Source: Gammaproteobacteria bacterium (GTDB taxonomy: Bacteria; Pseudomonadota; Gammaproteobacteria; GCA-001735895). From it: a DNA stretch of 64,000 nt. Of this stretch, positions 41,684 through 50,058 are shown piece after piece; the stretch's first letter is position 1, and every line of letters starts with the position of its first letter. Location of the stretch: positions 3,282-67,281 of the forward strand of contig JAUVCH010000008.1 in assembly GCA_030595795.1 (NCBI GenBank), written 5' to 3'. The translations under genes were made by a program, and so were the position numbers. Below the pieces are notes generated by a model. That model did not search any database and was not told the DNA's origin. It saw only the letters and a program-made list of their open reading frames with translations.

Positions 41684-42084
41684 CATAAGCAAAGCCCTAG
41701 GTCAGATCAAGCTTTTAGCCATTCCACCAGCCACCCCCTCAGCACAGAGAATCCATCCCATCACAACCCCAACACCTGTGAAATCAACAAGCCTTAAGCA
41801 ATTCAAACAAACCCTGCTTAGCCGCCTTTTTGTCGAATGTTAGAGTATATTCACAACCAGTAGCCCGATTAATTCGGGCAATCAAATGATCTGAGAAGTC
41901 GGCATTCGAATTCCTTAAATCACCAAGCGCTCGCCAGATTGTGTCTATATTGGGTATCGCCAGTTGACTAACCTGAGGAAACCAGGGTCATGGAAAACCA
42001 GGGTCAGGTCTAGTATTTAGCCAAACTCATAAATTCCTCCATCTTTGATTAAATCATCCAGCCAATCATCACAAACTGATTAAA

Positions 42085-42100
42085 ATGGATTCCGGCCTAC
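42085..42100. repeat. 16-nt direct repeat ATGGATTCCGGCCTAC, copy 1; embedded in a perfect hairpin (attccggc-ctac-gccggaat, 42088-42107)
   Basis: Exact match to 42901-42916; read from sequence. Confidence 0.7.
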
Positions 42101-42201
42101 GCCGGAATGACGACCCTTTAATTTGCCAATCACCCACCAGCCTCCCCAATAACCCAATCCCAAAAAGCCCACGAATAAAGCATTACTTTCACCCCTGGAC
42201 A

Positions 42202-42243
42202 GTATTACTTCCATGTATTACCATTTCATCTTTAAAGTAATAC
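42202..42243 (+). promoter_or_regulatory. Candidate VapB operator: GTATTAC (42202-42208), GTATTAC (42215-42221) and inverted GTAATAC (42237-42243), 19 nt upstream of the vapB start
   Basis: Heptamer repeats read from sequence. Toxin-antitoxin operons are typically autoregulated through such palindromes. Confidence 0.4.
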
Positions 42244-42261
42244 CTAATTAAGGGCATCACA

Positions 42262-42477
42262 ATGAGCGTTGTCACTACAAAAGGCCAGGCCACTATCCCG
42301 AAGCACATCAGAGAACGCCTGGACATTATTCCCGGTGAAACCGAAGTTGATTTTATTCTTGTGAATAATCATGTCGAGCTAGTCAATCTGGAACGATACA
42401 ATCCATTCGAAAAGGCGCGGGGTATCACTAAGGGCAAGCTGTCTACCGATGAGATCATGGATATGACGCGTGACTAA
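42262..42477 (+). CDS. vapB: Type II antitoxin VapB (AbrB/MazE/SpoVT-fold)
   Basis: 71 aa; MSVVTTKGQATIPKHIRERL swapped-hairpin motif; overlaps the downstream PIN-domain toxin gene. Confidence 0.7.
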   Translation: MSVVTTKGQATIPKHIRERLDIIPGETEVDFILVNNHVELVNLERYNPFEKARGITKGKLSTDEIMDMTRD

Positions 42478-42883
42478 AAGCAAACAGTCACTGGTCGATT
42501 CCTGCGTACTGCTTGATGTATTTAACGATGACAAGGATTGGTTTGAATGGTCGTCTGCTACGCTATTCAAAATGGCCAGCGAATACGAACTCGTTATTAA
42601 TATTATTGTTTTTACGGAAATCGCTTTAAATTTCAATTCGCACAAGCAACTCGAAAACGAGCTCGGGCTATTGGGCATTAAAATGCTGGAAATTCCAAAT
42701 GAAGTAGCATTTAACGTTAGTCGAACCTTTAAACAGTATCGAAAGAACAAAGGGAATAAAACGTCACCTATGCCGGATTTCTATATTGGTGAACATGCCA
42801 AACATTTGGGAATACCTTTAATTACCCGTGATACCGCAAGGTATAAAACCTATCAGCCGAAGTTGAAGCTTGTTTGCCCATGA
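42470..42883 (+). CDS. vapC: PIN-domain toxin VapC
   Basis: 137 aa; conserved acidic residues (LLDVF, ...TEIAL...); C-terminal PDFYIGEHAKHLGIPLITRD typical of VapC. Confidence 0.75.
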   Translation: MTKSKQSLVDSCVLLDVFNDDKDWFEWSSATLFKMASEYELVINIIVFTEIALNFNSHKQLENELGLLGIKMLEIPNEVAFNVSRTFKQYRKNKGNKTSPMPDFYIGEHAKHLGIPLITRDTARYKTYQPKLKLVCP

Positions 42884-42900
42884 TATTAGCCTCAACACCC

Positions 42901-42916
42901 ATGGATTCCGGCCTAC
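42901..42916. repeat. 16-nt direct repeat ATGGATTCCGGCCTAC, copy 2
   Basis: Exact match to 42085-42100; only the left arm and loop of the hairpin are present here. Confidence 0.7.
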
Positions 42917-42949
42917 AGATACCTGGTACTAAATTTAATCGGCAATAAA

Positions 42950-44296
42950 TCAAGTATGCCCAAAAGAAAGCATCGCATCGGCGACTTTAACAAAGCCCGC
43001 GATATTCGCACCAGCAAGATAGTCGATTCGACCCTTACGCTCTCCATACTCGACACAACTGTCATGTATGGTCTGCATGGTATCCTTGAGGAGTTTCTCC
43101 AGCTCTGCTTCTTTCCAGGCGATACGCGCACTGTTCTGGCTCATCTCCAGCCCTGAAACAGCCACACCGCCAGCATTGGCGGCTTTGCTGGGTGCATACA
43201 AAATTCCAGCTTTTTGAAATACATCGATACCTGCCAGTTCGGTGGGCATATTGGCTCCCTCTGAGACGCCGATACAGCCATTCTTGAGCAGTGTTTTTGC
43301 CTCCCCTTCGTTAATTTCATTCTGTGTCGCACAGGGCAACGCAATCTCGCAGGAGACTCTCCATGGTCGACCTTCATGAAAACTGGCTGAGTTGTACTCG
43401 TCAGCATATTCTTTGATACGCCCACGGCGCACTTGTTTCAGGTCGATTAAGTATTCTAATTTTTCGGCAGTTATTCCTTCTGGATCATGCACAAATCCCG
43501 AAGAATCCGACAATGTGACGACTTTTCCACCCAGATGATTCACCTTTTCAACGGCATAGGTAGCAACATTACCAGAACCCGAAATGCAGACAGTTTTGCC
43601 ATCGAAACCGTTACCCGCTCGTGTGAGCATATTATCCATAAAGTACACAGTCCCATAGCCAGTCGCTTCGGTTCGGATCTTACTACCGCCGAACTCCATA
43701 CCCTTACCCGTGAGAACACCAACAAAGCGATTTTCAAGGCGTTTATACTGACCAAACAAAAAGCCAATCTCGCGCCCACCGACGCCAATATCGCCCGCTG
43801 GCACATCCGTATCCTCACCGATATGGCGGCGCAACTCGATCATGAAGGACTGGCAAAAACGCATCACCTCGTTGTCACTCTTTCCCTTGGGATTGAAATC
43901 GGACCCACCCTTGCCACCACCCATCGGCAGGCCGGTGAGACTGTTCTTAAATGTCTGCTCGAAGCCGAGAAATTTGAGTACACTCAGATTGACCGAAGGA
44001 TGAAACCGCAGCCCGCCCTTGTAGGGGCCAATCGAGTTATTGAACTGCACCCGATAGCCACGTTGATTGCGGATATTACCCTTGTCATCGGTCCAGGGGA
44101 CGCGGAACATGACAACCCGATCGGGCTCAGCCATTCGCTCTAGTATTTGCATTTTATGGTAGATCGGTTTATCCGCAATATACGGAAATATGGTTCCAGC
44201 CACTTCTGACACTGCCTGATGAAATTCCAGTTCGCCCGGATTACGTTTTATAACCCCGTTCATAAAGCGTTGTAGATACTCGTTGGTCTTGCTCAT
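42950..44296 (-). CDS. gdhA: NADP-specific glutamate dehydrogenase
   Basis: 448 aa; Glu/Leu/Phe/Val-dehydrogenase motifs (GGGKGGSDF, NAGGV); size of GdhA. Confidence 0.9.
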   Translation of the reverse strand: MSKTNEYLQRFMNGVIKRNPGELEFHQAVSEVAGTIFPYIADKPIYHKMQILERMAEPDRVVMFRVPWTDDKGNIRNQRGYRVQFNNSIGPYKGGLRFHPSVNLSVLKFLGFEQTFKNSLTGLPMGGGKGGSDFNPKGKSDNEVMRFCQSFMIELRRHIGEDTDVPAGDIGVGGREIGFLFGQYKRLENRFVGVLTGKGMEFGGSKIRTEATGYGTVYFMDNMLTRAGNGFDGKTVCISGSGNVATYAVEKVNHLGGKVVTLSDSSGFVHDPEGITAEKLEYLIDLKQVRRGRIKEYADEYNSASFHEGRPWRVSCEIALPCATQNEINEGEAKTLLKNGCIGVSEGANMPTELAGIDVFQKAGILYAPSKAANAGGVAVSGLEMSQNSARIAWKEAELEKLLKDTMQTIHDSCVEYGERKGRIDYLAGANIAGFVKVADAMLSFGHT

Positions 44297-44350
44297 ACTA
44301 TTCTCCTTTTCATCATATCAATTAGATAACGGCTAAATTCAGCACACCGA

Positions 44351-45217
44351 TCATATCACCCGGCAACTATTACTGAGGCATCCCAGACCTTCAATCTCAA
44401 CCTCGAGTCGATCACCGTCTTTCAACCAGATCGGAGGTTTACGAAAAGCACCCACGCCATTCGGAGTGCCGGTGATAATAATATCACCCGGTAACAGGGT
44501 GAATGCCTGGCTCAGATATTGAATCAAATAAGGAACACGATAAATCATTTCATTGGTATTCGAGTCCTGCATGGTGTCGCCATTCAAACGGCATAGAATA
44601 GCCAACCGATTGGGATCAGCAATTTCATCGCGGGAAACCAGATAAGGCCCAAGCGGACAAAATGTATCGACGCATTTACCGCGCAACCACTGGTCACCTG
44701 GGCGTAACTGCAGGTCACGTGCGCTGATGTCATTACAAATCGTATAGCCGGCAATATAGTCAAAAGCGTCAACTTCATTAACATCTTTGGCAGCCTTGCC
44801 GATTACAATGGCTAGCTCCGCCTCATAGTCTACTTTTTCAGTGAGCGAACCTGGCCAGCAAATGTCGGCTTCGCTACCGATGATTGACGATGGAAATTTG
44901 CAAAACATGGTCGCTACTTCCGGCATCGGTAAATTGCATTCACGCACATGGTCAAGATAATTAAGCCCGATGGCCACCACCTTGCTCGGATTCGGTACTG
45001 GCGCTAATAACTCAACCGAAGGCAGCGGAATATCACCCTGGCGCTCGGACCCAAGCGCCTTTGCCGCTGCCATTGCCGAATCACCCATCTGCAGAAACGA
45101 CAGCATATCGTCGGGTAGTTGGCCCTGGCTCGCAGCGGCCAGGTTGAGGATATTCTCGTTCTGGAGGATACCGAGTTGTGGTGAATTTTTATTTTCCTGA
45201 TAACTGACTAGTTTCAT
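44351..45217 (-). CDS. Fumarylacetoacetate hydrolase (FAH) family protein
   Basis: 288 aa; FAH-fold C-terminal motifs (GDIIITGTP.GVG). Confidence 0.8.
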   Translation of the reverse strand: MKLVSYQENKNSPQLGILQNENILNLAAASQGQLPDDMLSFLQMGDSAMAAAKALGSERQGDIPLPSVELLAPVPNPSKVVAIGLNYLDHVRECNLPMPEVATMFCKFPSSIIGSEADICWPGSLTEKVDYEAELAIVIGKAAKDVNEVDAFDYIAGYTICNDISARDLQLRPGDQWLRGKCVDTFCPLGPYLVSRDEIADPNRLAILCRLNGDTMQDSNTNEMIYRVPYLIQYLSQAFTLLPGDIIITGTPNGVGAFRKPPIWLKDGDRLEVEIEGLGCLSNSCRVI

Positions 45218-45282
45218 AATATTTCGGTCTTACACATGATTCTGGCGGTATTCGAGATTGCTTTGATGCATTATATCGAACA

Positions 45283-46050
45283 TTAAAACTTGCCGTTGTC
45301 GTTCTTCCATTCGCTGCGTGGGGGGATAGCTTCGGTGGTGTCCCAATGCTCCACTAGCTTGCCATTAAAAACGCGGTAGAGGTCATAGAATGAGGAGTGG
45401 ACTCCATCGAGAAAACCCTCGCTGGCCGACAGCACAAAACTTCCTTCAGCTAAAAGCCGATGAAGCCTGTCGTATTGGATCTTGTTACCGTCGTTAGATA
45501 GCGATTCTGATAGCGCTACGCGTAGGGCAGACAGGCCATCACCGATGCGTGGGTTGTGCTCGGTATAGCTCTCGCTATCAATGTAATAATCCAGTTTATC
45601 GAGCTGACCATCGATGAGCACATCATCAATGAAACCTCGCACGATCTCGCGGTTGGATTCAGTCCTGTCAAGATCAGTTGCTTTGGTCGGCCCGTCAACC
45701 ATCGTATGCCCGGAGGAGTTCGGGCCTTTTCGAGGCTGGATATTGTCCCAATGCTCAACGGTTAGATCACCCTCAAAGCGGAAGACTTCGAAGCCGATAT
45801 TTGAGCTGGCGAAATCATACTCGGTATGAGCAAATACGTAGTCGTCATCCGAGAATACACGCACGATATTGACACGAGGAGAACTTTTGGCCAGTCGCTT
45901 AAATAGAGCTGCCAGGCCCTCGCCGCCTTCGCAGGTTTGGGGGTTGTGTTGAATGTATTGATCGGGATTGACGACAGCCACCGAGGCTTCATCACCCGTT
46001 TCGATGCCTTTGAGTAAAGCGCAGATTTGATCTTTTCTATTTGAACTCAT
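45283..46050 (-). CDS. Tandem NTF2-like/SnoaL-like domain protein
   Basis: 255 aa; two repeats each ending ...VEHWD. Confidence 0.55.
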   Translation of the reverse strand: MSSNRKDQICALLKGIETGDEASVAVVNPDQYIQHNPQTCEGGEGLAALFKRLAKSSPRVNIVRVFSDDDYVFAHTEYDFASSNIGFEVFRFEGDLTVEHWDNIQPRKGPNSSGHTMVDGPTKATDLDRTESNREIVRGFIDDVLIDGQLDKLDYYIDSESYTEHNPRIGDGLSALRVALSESLSNDGNKIQYDRLHRLLAEGSFVLSASEGFLDGVHSSFYDLYRVFNGKLVEHWDTTEAIPPRSEWKNDNGKF

Positions 46051-47469
46051 TTAGCGCCTACCACCCAACCGATCTCTACCTGGCAACCAACAGGCAAGCA
46101 TTATTGCGAGCAAGGTAAAGCCAATATAAATTTGAAAGCAGAGCTTGCTTTGTTCGAGCATTCCAACTGGGTCTGTTTCGGTAAGAATGGTCGAAATTAT
46201 CGCAATTCCTGCCATCCCGCCGAGATATCGCATCGTCGATAAAATGCCTGCTCCGACACCGCTATGATCTCGATGAACGGCCGACAATCCGGCGGCCTGC
46301 GCTGGTCCGGAGACTACGCCGATTCCTGCGCCTACCAATGCCAGTGCGATATACATCCAGAAAAGGGGCGAACTGCCGGTGGTATAAAGCAGCGTAGCCA
46401 GTCCAATAATGCTAATCACCAATCCGCTGATAATGGTCGAGCGAATCCCAATGGTTTCGCTCAGCCGACCACCAATAGGCGCGAATAACACCATGAACAG
46501 GGTCATAGTGAGCAATACTTGCCCCGTCTCACCCGGGCCTAGTTGTTCTGTTTCCTTTAACAAAAAAGGAAGCTGGAACAACAATGCATACATGCCGAGA
46601 TTTTGCAGGCCGACGATTGATCCGCTAACCACAAAGGGAATACGCCGGAACAATTGCAGATCAATTAGCGGATGAGGGGTATGTTTCTCCCAGCGTACAA
46701 ACAAGTATAGACCCAGAACTCCCGCAGCTAACGCTGCCAGCGGCCAGTATCCTCCGCTACGCATACCCGTTATCAATATGCCCAAACCAATGGCGAGCAG
46801 TAGCATACCGATATAGTCAAAGCCAGGGTGATCAGTCTCGGCATTTGACTTCGGCGGATGATAAGATGCATCGTATTTGACCAGAATCCAGGAAATCAGC
46901 AGTAATGGCAGGTTAACGAGGAATATTGCTTTCCAGCTGAAATACTGAATAAGCAAGCCACCGACTAGCGGGCCTATGGCTGCCGATGCGCTCAAAAAAG
47001 CGCCAAAATAGCCAAATGCCCGTGAGCGCCGCTCTTCGCGGATGACGATGCGCAGTAAGGCCATCGCGTTTGGAATTAACATCGCGCCACCGGCTGCCAT
47101 CAGCACGCGAGCAATGATTAACGCGCTAAGTTGAGGCACCAGTATCGCAATCAGTGCGCCCGTTGCGAATAGAATCTGCCCGATTGCGAAAGCACGACGA
47201 CGCCCCAGCATATCCCCGAGTTTTCCCGCCGGACTTTGCAGGACAACATTAACCAACAGGTAGGTCGAAACCAGCCAGAAGGTCAGGTCACTGGCGCTGA
47301 TACGAAAGCTTTCGCCGATTGACGGCAAAGCAATTGCGATCATGGTTGAATTGAGTGGAGTCAGGGCTGCACCGAGCACCAATGCACTAATAAAGCCAGT
47401 AGATGCTTTTTGAGTGATGTCCTTACTCACCTTAAAATTGCGCGGCGAATGATCAAGTCGTGATTGCAC
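46051..47469 (-). CDS. MFS transporter (DHA2-like, 14 transmembrane segments)
   Basis: 472 aa; MFS motif GKLGDMLGRRR. Confidence 0.85.
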   Translation of the reverse strand: MQSRLDHSPRNFKVSKDITQKASTGFISALVLGAALTPLNSTMIAIALPSIGESFRISASDLTFWLVSTYLLVNVVLQSPAGKLGDMLGRRRAFAIGQILFATGALIAILVPQLSALIIARVLMAAGGAMLIPNAMALLRIVIREERRSRAFGYFGAFLSASAAIGPLVGGLLIQYFSWKAIFLVNLPLLLISWILVKYDASYHPPKSNAETDHPGFDYIGMLLLAIGLGILITGMRSGGYWPLAALAAGVLGLYLFVRWEKHTPHPLIDLQLFRRIPFVVSGSIVGLQNLGMYALLFQLPFLLKETEQLGPGETGQVLLTMTLFMVLFAPIGGRLSETIGIRSTIISGLVISIIGLATLLYTTGSSPLFWMYIALALVGAGIGVVSGPAQAAGLSAVHRDHSGVGAGILSTMRYLGGMAGIAIISTILTETDPVGMLEQSKLCFQIYIGFTLLAIMLACWLPGRDRLGGRR

Positions 47470-48166
47470 GGCATTGCAGTAACATCAGTTTACCATCGGC
47501 AATGCCCCATTCAATGTCCAGGTCAGTACCGTAGATGACTTCGCATTGCTGAGCCAGCGAGTGTAGGTTGCCGAGTGTTTCATCGTCGAGTACACGGGCA
47601 TTAATGCGCTCGGCAGCGACCTCGACTTCCTCGGTTCCGCCTTCGTTGAGTAGGCGAAATTTGATATCTTTTTCGCCAATGCGTCTTTCTAGAATTTCCC
47701 CCTGCGGGCTGATGCGGTAATAGTCGGGGATCACCAGTCCTGCAACCACGACTTCGCCCAGCCCCCATGCGGCTTCGATAACCCGTTCCTGCTGCGCAGT
47801 CATCGGGTTACGGGTGAACATTACCCCAGCTGCTTCGGGGTTAAATAGCTCCTGTAACACCACGCCCATTTGGGGTGAGCCCTCGATGCCTAATTTGGCG
47901 CGATAAGATAATGCGGATGGTGTTGATGCGGATTCGACGATATCGAGGATGGTAGATTTTAACTGGGTAAAATTGGTTACGTTGAGCACGGTCAAGTGCT
48001 GACCGGCAAAACTCGCGCCTTGTGAGTCTTCGCCAATCGCCGACGAGCGCACCGCGATCGGGGTTTGCATCTGAGCAAAAAACGATCTCAATTCATTTAT
48101 CGTCGCAGCATCGTTTTGTACAATGCTTTCGACACAGTCGTATGCCAATGCAAAGCCTGGAGGCAC
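47453..48166 (-). CDS. PEP-synthase/PPDK N-terminal ATP-grasp nucleotide-binding domain protein (PPDK_N). The annotated GTG start truncates the conserved GGK segment. The frame stays open upstream to 48268 and encodes that segment (see findings).
   Basis: Motifs VRSSAIGEDS, FAGQHLT, GVMFTRNP, GLGEVVVAG, DIEWG, LLQCRAITT. Upstream in-frame extension IALIEAEDELQFGGKAVSLGVAIRGSLNVPPGF. Confidence 0.65.
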   Translation of the reverse strand: MPPGFALAYDCVESIVQNDAATINELRSFFAQMQTPIAVRSSAIGEDSQGASFAGQHLTVLNVTNFTQLKSTILDIVESASTPSALSYRAKLGIEGSPQMGVVLQELFNPEAAGVMFTRNPMTAQQERVIEAAWGLGEVVVAGLVIPDYYRISPQGEILERRIGEKDIKFRLLNEGGTEEVEVAAERINARVLDDETLGNLHSLAQQCEVIYGTDLDIEWGIADGKLMLLQCRAITT

Positions 48167-48255
48167 ATTCAGGCTTCCTCGTATGGCTACGCCAAGGCTA
48201 ACTGCCTTACCGCCGAATTGTAATTCGTCTTCGGCTTCAATTAACGCGATAGGCT

Positions 48256-49935
48256 TTATGAGAGCACTTCAACGGTGCCCGATTTGCCATCGACGCGAAT
48301 CCTCGCGCCGTCCTGAATAACCTGAGTTGCGTTTCGTGTACTCACTATGGCCGGAATCCCATATTCGCGGGCAATGATTGCCGCATGCGATAACTGACCA
48401 CCACGGTCGGTCACGATAGCGCCGAGCATTGGCAAAACCACATTGAAACTCGCCGAGGTGTTTTTGGTAACGAGTATATCGCCTTGCTGTAATCGGTGAA
48501 AATCGTCCGGGCTTTGAATAATGCGCGCAATCCCTTCGTAGGTTTCGGGACTCACCGAAATGCCCTTAATGCTGTTATCGGAACTATCCTCCTCAACCGG
48601 CGCATCGAATATATTACCCAGTGCGGCACCAATTGCAGCTTGCGCCAGGCGTGCATTTTCGGGCAGCGCTTCCAATGGTGGCGGCGGCAATGGCGCGGGT
48701 CCGAGAAATAATGGCACGTCATCGGTAGTGTGGGCTTGATACCAGAGTTCGCGGTCATCGAGCTCCACCTGATCGGGACTATTGTCTCCAGCCAGCATTG
48801 CCAGCATTTCATCGTGCGAGGCATGTAGCAGTGCAGACCCCCTGTCTAGTCGACCGCTGATTTGCAGACGATTCCCGGCTTCGAGCACAGCCCGACGAGA
48901 TAAGCCAAGCGCCCGTGCTTCATTATAGACACCGCGTTCGTCGCGCAAGCGGTTGATGAACCGAGCCTCGTGTAGCAGCGAATCGAATTCTACGCGGTGC
49001 TCGGCCGGAACCCGGTTTCGGAAATCCTGGCATCGTTGTTGATCGGCGGCGAGTTCATCGCTGGTATTTTTCACTTCTAGTGAACTCCAGATATTTCCCA
49101 CCAGAATTTCGGGCATTTCCAGCGCATAACGCTCGGTAATGTCGTATCCAGATGTCAGTTGATACCCGACGATATCAATATAATGCCGAATTGCAGATCC
49201 GACGGGTTCGGGTAGTGAGCACAGTGCCTGTAGTTCATCCTCGGATGAATGTTCCTTGAATAGATCGCGATCAACGTTTTGCTGTCGAAGCAAGCGTCCA
49301 ATTTCGCTAAGCTCGGCGACTGCTAGCCCGAGAGACACGGGTGATGACCCTTTTAACAGATTGAGTGCTTCACCGGCATCGGCCCCGGCCCATTCGCAGG
49401 CTTTGCCGATATAGAGTCCAACTGGAATAACACTGGGGATAGTAAATATATGATGACGATAGGTCATTTCGCCCAGGTTCTGGTAACAATCGACAAGATG
49501 TGCGACAAGTGCATTATTATCCAGCGAAGCAGGTTGTACTGATTGTAGTTGCTGATTTCGCCGAATCGAGTCGGGTTTTATTTCAGTATCCCAACGCTGC
49601 ATATCTTCATGCCAGAGTTTGTTTTCGATGGCGTTTTTACCATTTTCAAACCGCGCAATCAGCTCAGGTTGGTCGAAAAATCCTTCGGGTGGTGGTCCCG
49701 GTGGTGCATCGGACGGTACAAAGGCGAGTACGGCCTTGCTATAACTGAAGCCGTGAAGATTCGCAGATTCGAGGTAGTCCAGGAACAAACCGTATCGCTC
49801 GGTACCTTCGCGAAATCCGCGTATAAATGCATCCGTCATTCCTCCAGTGGAATACAGGGTTCTTGGCTTTGCAAAATGAGTGGTATCTAGTTCCCAGGTT
49901 CCAGCGCCGGGTGCTTCGAAGGTTCTTTTAGACAT
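48256..49935 (-). CDS. PEP-utilising enzyme family protein (rifampin-phosphotransferase/PpsA-like) with a C-terminal phosphohistidine swivel domain
   Basis: 559 aa; C-terminal GGQLSHAAIIAREYGIPAIV (PEP-utilizers mobile domain with catalytic His). No ATP-grasp domain in this ORF. Confidence 0.7.
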   Translation of the reverse strand: MSKRTFEAPGAGTWELDTTHFAKPRTLYSTGGMTDAFIRGFREGTERYGLFLDYLESANLHGFSYSKAVLAFVPSDAPPGPPPEGFFDQPELIARFENGKNAIENKLWHEDMQRWDTEIKPDSIRRNQQLQSVQPASLDNNALVAHLVDCYQNLGEMTYRHHIFTIPSVIPVGLYIGKACEWAGADAGEALNLLKGSSPVSLGLAVAELSEIGRLLRQQNVDRDLFKEHSSEDELQALCSLPEPVGSAIRHYIDIVGYQLTSGYDITERYALEMPEILVGNIWSSLEVKNTSDELAADQQRCQDFRNRVPAEHRVEFDSLLHEARFINRLRDERGVYNEARALGLSRRAVLEAGNRLQISGRLDRGSALLHASHDEMLAMLAGDNSPDQVELDDRELWYQAHTTDDVPLFLGPAPLPPPPLEALPENARLAQAAIGAALGNIFDAPVEEDSSDNSIKGISVSPETYEGIARIIQSPDDFHRLQQGDILVTKNTSASFNVVLPMLGAIVTDRGGQLSHAAIIAREYGIPAIVSTRNATQVIQDGARIRVDGKSGTVEVLS

Positions 49936-50058
49936 TACGAACTCCCCATACTTTTTATATGTATTTATTCTGTCAGAGTCTAACCCAGTTCTTACATTGG
50001 AAAAACAAAATTGAATTTACCGCCTATACCGGAAAAAATAAATAGATGATGCCAGGAG

